A stretch of 44,655 bases of DNA, filler included, from Streblomastix strix (lineage: Eukaryota), in the NCBI GenBank assembly GCA_008636045.1. It is 2 parts of 2 records of this genome, joined end to end, with 100 filler letters (N's around TTAATTAATTAA, not from the genome) between each part and the next. Parts side by side here need not be neighbours in the genome. Positions count along the whole stretch, not along the records: positions 22,397 to 44,655 come from SNRW01000330.1; 1 more part is not named here. One strand, given 5' to 3'. Made by a program: the position numbers and the translations under genes. Positions 36,628 to 44,655 of this stretch are shown here, piece by piece. The first letter of the stretch is position 1. Each line of letters starts with the position of its first letter. The notes beneath the pieces are model-generated. The model saw nothing but the letters and a program-made list of their open reading frames with translations. It searched no databases and had not been told where the DNA came from.

Positions 36628-39600
36628 ATGGAAGATCTTTAACTTCTCGAGTAGAATAATATTGATGTATATAAAATTAATTTATTTTATCATCAATTTA
36701 ATATATTTTTAATAAATTCATTGTTTATAACAGGCTATCAAGACATTAGGTATGCAATCTATTGTTCTTATATTTTTACCTTCAAATTGATTTGATTATT
36801 TTATATTTTTATTGAATAACCAGGATCTGGTGTATATGGCAGGCATTTATTTCATTTCAATAAGTTTTTTCTTCTCTTTAATGCATTCTATTAATATTTT
36901 ATTAGAGTATATTAGGCTTTCCATAAAGACTATGGAGTAATAGCAGCCAAAGTTATGCGATTGGAGAAGTTTGATAAGAAAGAATGGGATGCAGTTCAAG
37001 TCCTGAATAAGTATCTCATTAATGAATCTTTTATTCGATATTGAATTACAATTATTTCATTCAGACCCGAGTTTCAATGCCCATTTTTAATGAAATATTT
37101 ATTTGCGAGGTAATTAGATAATTATGTTGTGATTGTCATGAGTTATGCAAATACAAAGGTAAATCATATATTATTGATTTTATTATTGGATATATTTATT
37201 TATTTCATGATTTTTAATATCGTAGTCACTTGATAACATAATTAAAATTCACAACCAGCATTTATCAATGACAACTTATCGAGCTTTAGCGAAACAACTT
37301 CGTATTAATATTATTATTGATTCTTAGAGTAAATTTAGTTAATTTATATATATTATAACAGTTGAAGGGTTAAAAATTATTCATTCTGCCAAATTAATCC
37401 ACAGGTATTTATATTTTATAAATTAAGAAAGAAGATCATTTTTATATATTCTTGTTTCATATTTATTGATAAAAAGAGATATAAAATCAGAAAATATTTT
37501 GCTTCATACTGAACATGGTATAAAATCAAAGAAATAGAAATAATAATAATATGAAATTTTTCACAAATAATATTTATTTTTATATGTTCTTCAGGAACTA
37601 CCAAAGTATAAATAGCAGATTTTGGATTAGCCAAGATATGTGCAGAAGAATAAATGGCCATAACAACATGTGGAACCCCACTCAATATGGTACACTATTA
37701 AATAAATATTATCTTATATACTTATTTGAATTATATTCTTATATTACACTATTATCAAATATTTTATTACATAAATAACATCTTACAATTTTCAACATTA
37801 GGCTCCTGAACTTGTAAATAATTCTAGTAAGAGTAATAATAAGGCATATTAAATATTATTATTATTATTTATTAATATATTTTATATAGGTAGATATTTA
37901 TTCTATGGGTGTTGTGCTCTTCCAACTTGCTGCTCATGAATATCCAATTCAAGCAAAAAGCATCTCTGAATTACAACAGTCTGCCCTTTTTTTCTTTAAT
38001 TAATTTAACCAGTTTTTGTTATATTTATTTTAATATTATTTTTACACACTTAAAGAAAGTTGAAATTGAAAAGAATAAATCGACCTTCAGTACTTAAAGA
38101 TGACCTTCTTTGGGATTTATTATCCTAAATGCTGAATTTTGACCCAAATAGAAGAATTTCAGCAGAGCAGGCACTTTAACATCCGTTCTTCACTTGTATG
38201 AACAACAATAATATATTAATTATTATAATTATTGTTTTATTTGTAATGTAATACAGCACAACAGGCATAGTCAGAAATAACTCAATTAGTTAAAGAGCTT
38301 ACTTAGAATGGTATGAAAGAATAAAAAGAAAAAAAACTATATATATTTGAATAATATTTTTTTATGTATTTTTTAATTTTTCAATTATTTCTTGTTGATA
38401 ATTTCATTTATTTTATAAATATATTATATCAGCTATCAATGCATAACAAAGAGGAGAAACTTGGGTTACAGAATATGACATTAATTCTTCATTCATTGTT
38501 CCATCATCCGATATAGCAGTAAAAATTATTTTTTTGAATATAAATAATCTTAATTATTATTGAATCTAATATTATAATGAATAATTTATAACTTATTTTA
38601 TTTTATTTATTAATGTTATTCATTAAGATTTTCCTCAATTTTAACCCAGAAGCAGAAGAATAAAAAATTCTTAATTCAAGACTATAAAAGAATATCAATC
38701 AGTATATTCCATTTCAAAATTAAATTCCTACAATGTTTCCTTTATAATAATAATAGCTCTAATAACAATAACAATTACTTTATATTCAGTAAGATAACAT
38801 TAATGTTCCAATTCATCAATTTAATTAGAATTTTATTCCTCAATAACAATATATTTAACCTCAAATTTCTTTTCTTCCAAATTTAAACTCAATAACTTAG
38901 TCAGATATGTTGCAATATAATTAAGAATAAAACAACTAAAATATTCAATATAATTAGAATCTATTTAATCAATATATTCAATTACCTTACCCTCCCTAAT
39001 TTCAACATCCACAAACTTAGATTCCACATTTAATTCCACATCTACCAATTATTCCTTCTAATTATAATATATCTTCTAATAATTATATTCCACTTTCACC
39101 AGATATTATTTTCCCTACAAAACTTCCTCAATAGAATCAATTCTCTTCATCAATTAATTAATCTATTGATTATCCTCTTCCTCCAATTAATACATTATAA
39201 TCATCATCTAAATTATATTCATCAAATGATAAGATTGAAGAAGAATAAGATAGAGATAATATAATTCCATAAAAAGATGAAATTAATGAAAAAGAAAACT
39301 AAGAATAAAATAATAAAAGAAAAAAGAAGCGAAAAAGAAGAAATAAAAAGAAAAAGAATAAAGAAAGAATTTATGAATAGAAATAATTAGATATTGAAAA
39401 AATAGAAGACCAGGAAATTGAAGAAGAATAAAAATAATATTAATAATAAATTCCTGTTCATTCAGATATTAAATAAAAGAAGTAATAAAAAAAGAAAAAA
39501 TAGCAACAATAAGTAATATAGCATCCAATACCTAAATCTAAAAATAAGAAATAAATTAAGCAATAATAATAATTGGAATAATAATAATTGGAACTATAAT

Positions 39601-40094
39601 CTACATAACTTTAAACTCCTAAAACCAGCATTTTTTCTAAAATTTTGTCAATATTCTCAGCTAGACCTTCTTAATTTAATAATAAATCTGATAAATAGAC
39701 AGTTTTAAGGATAAAACATGAAGATTAAGAAAGAATATAAACTGAAACTTTAAATAAACCAAATATTTTATAATTAGAAAAAGAAGTCTAAATTATTAAA
39801 TAAGAACTTTTGCACCATATTTCTAACGAACTTGGCTTTGAATACCGTAATTTTTTTGAGCAATCTTTGTTAATATATCAGACTTAGACGTTTAAAAATG
39901 CTATAAATTATAAGATAAACATTTTTTGTCCATGTTGTTAAAAGGAATTTGATTAGGATGGAATTGAATTGCATATAGAGAAATAACATTCTGAAGCTTT
40001 TGATGATTATTAAAAGTTCATGCATCTTCATGATCTGAATAAATAAATTGAGAAAGCGAAAATTTAACTTCAAAAAGAACGAGAAGGAAAATGA
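36628..40094 (+). CDS. Ser/Thr protein kinase with Q-rich/coiled-coil tail and C-terminal C2H2-like zinc finger (14 introns, two GC-AG)
   Basis: LGSGVYGRV, IAAKVM, IHRDIKSENILL, IADFGLAK, CGTPLNMAPE, KVDIYSMGV and DPNRRISAEQALQHPFF assemble across exons. Last exon 38628-40094 ends CPCCQKEFDQDGIELHIEKQH...EGK*. Confidence 0.92.
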
Positions 40095-40717
40095 AACAAA
40101 GAAGCAAATTATATCTTCTGAAATCTGAAGAGTAAGTACATTAATCAGCATAAAACTAATATTTTATTTATTTTTAACAATAAATATAAAACTTAATTAT
40201 GATTAAGTTCAATTTTTAGATGAAAATTGGTTTTTCTAAAATTTAGCCGTTTTTCATTATTCGTAAGTTAAATTGATATGTTAGTTTCATTATGATATAT
40301 AATTATAACTTCTTTATCAATTAAAATATAAACTTCTAAATTATAACCTTTTATTGTTGCAAAGTCAGATAATCAATTCATTTCGGTGTTCAGGGTCTCA
40401 CATACATCCATGCTCAAAATTGAACATTAAATATCACTTAAGCAATATAATTATTAATAATTTTAACTTATTTTGGAATATATGCAAGGAATATTTGCCT
40501 ATAAAATAATTTTTTATAAATTTTGGAAAAATTGCTCGAAATGTGAATTTCTTTATTATTTAATAACTAAATTGTTAATTGCTCATATATATTTATTCAA
40601 ATAATCCATTTTTTTAAATATTTATACTGACAATTGACAATAATAAACGATTTAACGTACATATAAAACAATAAAGTATTTATACTCTGTTTTTTTACTA
40701 TTAATTTTATTACAGTG

Positions 40718-43614
40718 ATGACTGATAAAGGCGGTGATAGTGGAGAGGAACTCAATCCACATATTCCACAGTTCATTGGAGTTGCACCCTGTGTGAGTCA
40801 CTTGTAATTAATTATTTATTATCAAACATCTTCCTTATTATCTCATAGGGTATATTTCTGATGGAACCACATCACTTGCACATCAGCGAGCAAGGAATGT
40901 AGAGATACCAAAAACCTTGTCAGACAAAAAGTGGTATCCGCGAGGCAAGGACGTTTGCTTTATTTTTATTTACATTATTGTCTATTTTATATTTGTCTTT
41001 ATTTTAGGCTGAAGGACAACAATCATTCAAATACAGGAAAGGAGCATGCACAAATTGTGGAGCGATGGGTCATACAGTATATTTATATTATACTTACTAT
41101 TCTATTTACATATTAATCATCATTAAGACCAAAGATTGCACAGAAAGACCTCGTAAAGTTGGAGCTAAATTCTCAGGAGTAGACATCAGGAAAGATGATA
41201 TAATAGCAGATGAGAAGGAACTTGCACTTGACTATGATTCAAAGAGGGACACATATAATGGATTCGTTCCTGAGGTTTATATATAATAATATCAATATAT
41301 ATATAATAATATCAATATGAATATTTAATTAATCAATAAATCCTTTTTCTGTTCTAATTCACTCATTCAATATCAATTACTTATATATTAATTATAGTTC
41401 TATAATGGAACACTCAAATTCTATGAGAAGACGGAAGAAGAAAGAAAAAGAAGAAGATTAATGAATTTAAAAGGTTTTATTATATTTATTCTATATTTAT
41501 TCTGTCATTGAATATCTCATATTAATATGAATAGGAAATGAAGATGAAGAAGGAGAAGATGGAGTATGAATTATATATAATAAACATTGATATACTATTT
41601 ATTAATTATTATAAATATAAATATAAATATAGGTTAGAGTAGATGAATCCAAAGCAGATAATTCTGCTGTAGCATCTGTTGATCCAAGGTATAATATATT
41701 AATATTATTCATTATATTCATTATATATTATTATTATTCATTATATATTATTATTCATTATATTCATTAATTATTATTATTATTATTATTCATTCACACC
41801 AATCCCATCACACAGAACACGCACAGCCATCCGTAACTTACGAATCAGAGAAGATACTCCCAAGTATTTATACAACCTGGATGTGAACTCTGCTTATTAT
41901 GATCCAAAATCAAGAGCGATGCCTGAATCTCCTTTCGCTAATATGGAAGGTGTCATTATGAAGAGCAAATTAACTGAGGGAAAAGATAATGGGAAGGAAA
42001 GTGGTAAAGATTAGGGTATTATATTTGGAATATAATTAATAATAATATTATATTGATAATTGATATTATTATATATAATATATATAATGTAGATATAAGT
42101 GCACTTCCAGCATTCAAAGGAGATGCATGGGTTAAATGGACTGGAGATACTCAAGTATTAATATATTCATATTATATATATTCATATTATATATATTCAT
42201 ATTATATATATTCATATTATATATTCATATTATATATATTATATTCATATTTATATTAATTAAATAGGAATTTGCCAGAATGTAACTGTTTAGCATTGAA
42301 GCAGAATAAAGAGGATCAAATAAAGGAATAAGAAAATCAAGAGATGGCGAAGATGGAGAAGAATAAGATGAGAAAGATGAAGGTATTATTATATACATTA
42401 ATAAGTATATATTTATAATATATTTATATATATAATATAGATATTAATTATTCACCATTGTTATTCTTTATTTATTTATTTATTATTTAATATGTATTTA
42501 ATATTCAGGATCGGGGACTTCAGCAGCATCAACATTACATTCAATAAGTAATCCTTTATAAACTGAACTTGCATTTAGGTATATTTATATTTAGATAATA
42601 TATATATTAAATTATTATATTATATTTCTATTCATTCAAATATTTTATTGTTTATTTAATTCATTTTAGATAATATGAATAAAAGAAACAGAAACTTGAA
42701 GATCAAACAAAATAAGAATTGATATAAAAATATGGAGGTATTAATAAATACAATTTAATACATATTATTATATAATATATAATATATATTAAATATTATA
42801 TAAATAGGTTAAGAACACACTTCATTACCACCTGGAGAGCTTCTGTTAGGTTAAACTGAAATATATATTGAATATTCAAAAGATGGAAGGTTTGTTTAGG
42901 AATATTTGTGGATTGAAGCAAAAATGATTTATTTTTATTTTTATTATTAATTCATTTCTTTGATTATTTCATTAAATTCAGAGAGAAAATGATTGGAACA
43001 GGAGCAGCTGTAACAGCACAAATAAATGCAAAGAAAAAATTAGCTCCTCAAATACAATAAACATCTCAGTAATAATTATAGACATAATAATCATCAACAT
43101 CATTATTATAATCAACAGTAATTCCATCCAGTAAATATGAAGAGGATTAATATCCAGGAAATCATACATCAGTGTTTGGATCATATTGGGAGAAGGGAAA
43201 ATGGGGGTTTGTTTATTGATTAATTATTATATTTAATATATTCAATAAATATTACTGTTATTCAGATATGCATGTTGTCACCAATTCTACAGGAATTCAT
43301 ATTGCACAGGATTAGCTGGTATATAATCACACAGTATAAGTATAGCAGTATCAGAAATGAAAGAAATGAAAGAATAAGATAAAGACCAATTAAATGATAA
43401 TAATAACAATAATAATAACAATATGAATAAAGATACAAATAAATAGTTAGTACAGAAGAATGTATAGAAACCAATTGATGAAGATTTAGAATTAATACAG
43501 AAGAGGAAAAGAAAGAGAGATGATATTATTGGAGATGAAGATAATAATAATGATGAAAGCAGTAGTAGTAGTAATGATGAAGATAATTAAATGCTTCCTC
43601 CGAAATAAAGATGA
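40718..43614 (+). CDS. SLU7: Pre-mRNA splicing factor SLU7 (~14 introns)
   Basis: [15 protein letters not shown]; zinc knuckle [83 protein letters not shown] 43612-43614. Confidence 0.96.
42160..42255. repeat. Intronic ~15-bp minisatellite (atatattcatattat)n in SLU7; similar attattcattat array at ~41700-41790
   Basis: About 5-6 tandem near-perfect copies visible. Confidence 0.8.
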
Positions 43615-43881
43615 TTATAATTTACTTTTTTATACATGTTTTTCACTATTTAATATTTTTCACTTCATTTCTTGTTCATTTAATAAATTATCTACTATTA
43701 ATTATTTTATTTATTTATTTATTTTATTGTGATTGAAATAAAATGGAATACAATGGAAGCAAACTCAGACATTTTGAAATACAATAAAAATGATTTAAAA
43801 GATTTTGAATTGAATAAAATAAAATCATAACCAAAACTAAATAATTTGCATATTCATTAAATTTTTATATTACATCATTAT

Positions 43882-44655
43882 TCAATGCTTTCTTTTCCTG
43901 TCACTTGGTCGTCTTATTGGTGCTGCATCTTCTCCATTTGTTTATATTTATCCAGAATTACCATTTCCTGTTGATGAACCATGTTATGAAGCTGATTATG
44001 TCTATTCATTAGTTTAATCCTCAAGTAATACTGTTGAATTATTATATATACATATGATTAAGAATATCAATATATCTATATAATATATAAGAATTATGCA
44101 CACATTCATCAAAAAATTTGTCAGATTCATCATCTTATTCTAAACTCTGTTATGAATAAATAAATAAATAAAACAAAAAATATTGAAAATTTAAAAGCAA
44201 TATTCTTATGATAATAAATATAAAAAAGTGATTCAAACTGGACTGATAGCGTTTTATCCACCAATATTTTTACTGGAGTTTTCACTCTTCTTTGAAACTG
44301 AAATTAAATTGACAAACAAATAAAAATAATTAATTAATTTACATTCCAAATATTTTCTTTATATTATATGATATACTTGAACTTCCATTATTCATATTCA
44401 ATAATGCAGATTAACTTTATAAAAGAGATTATTAAGTATTTAGTGCAGAAGATCCATCAATATTGTTACTGGATAATTTAATTCTAAATGGTTATTACCC
44501 ATTGTGTGAATGATGACCATGTTAATTTGATTATCGTTATCTATTCCCTGGAAGATTCAAACCTTTATTTGATTATATAATATATAATAATATTATATAT
44601 AATATTATATAGTAAATGAATATATTCAATCATAATACCTGTAACTGATCCTTAT
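43882..44655 (-). CDS. 3' end of an intron-containing hypothetical protein (extends beyond window)
   Basis: Spliced frame QGSVT|GLNLPGNRQRQSNQHGHHSH...|SLEQDDESDKFFDE|LLLEDQ...DAAPIRRPSDRKRKH* with TGA 43884-43882. Confidence 0.7.

Noticed and set aside
13270..43614. Functional clustering of splicing genes (LSm3, SLU7) or ER genes (STX18, lectin)
   Set aside because: LSm3 and SLU7 lie on opposite sides of an artificial spacer, and housekeeping genes co-occur by chance in compact genomes.
1..44655. Most ORFs in the supplied six-frame track
   Set aside because: Computed with TAA/TAG as stops; they are fragments of real genes or antisense/shifted shadows (for example 435-806, 8335-8754, 16662-17363, 31372-31800).

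Overview
Very AT-rich, intron-rich eukaryotic (protist) genomic DNA read with a non-standard nuclear code: TAA and TAG encode Gln and TGA is the only stop (table 6 type). The supplied standard-code ORF track is therefore mostly fragments or shadow frames. Code, intron size (about 45-140 nt) and gene families resemble the oxymonad Streblomastix (inference, not verified). An artificial spacer (N44-TTAATTAATTAA-N44, 22297-22396) joins two pieces that may be unlinked. Left piece: a ~1880-aa Pumilio/PUF protein head-to-head with a ~1710-aa low-complexity type-I membrane protein, CENP-X, syntaxin-18, LSm3, a decayed gene, an intron-containing elongator tRNA-Met with an adjacent unexplained structured segment, a two-MRH OS-9/Erlectin-like ER lectin, and a frameshifted OTU pseudogene. 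Right piece: a 5'-truncated giant beta-helix surface protein, an ARM-like protein, two hypothetical genes, a 101-bp pogo/Tc1-mariner-like MITE, a 14-intron Ser/Thr kinase with micro-exons, two GC-AG introns and a C-terminal C2H2 finger, SLU7, and the 3' end of another gene. All gene models were translated by eye. No clearly novel multi-gene system is evident; the best leads are listed as findings.
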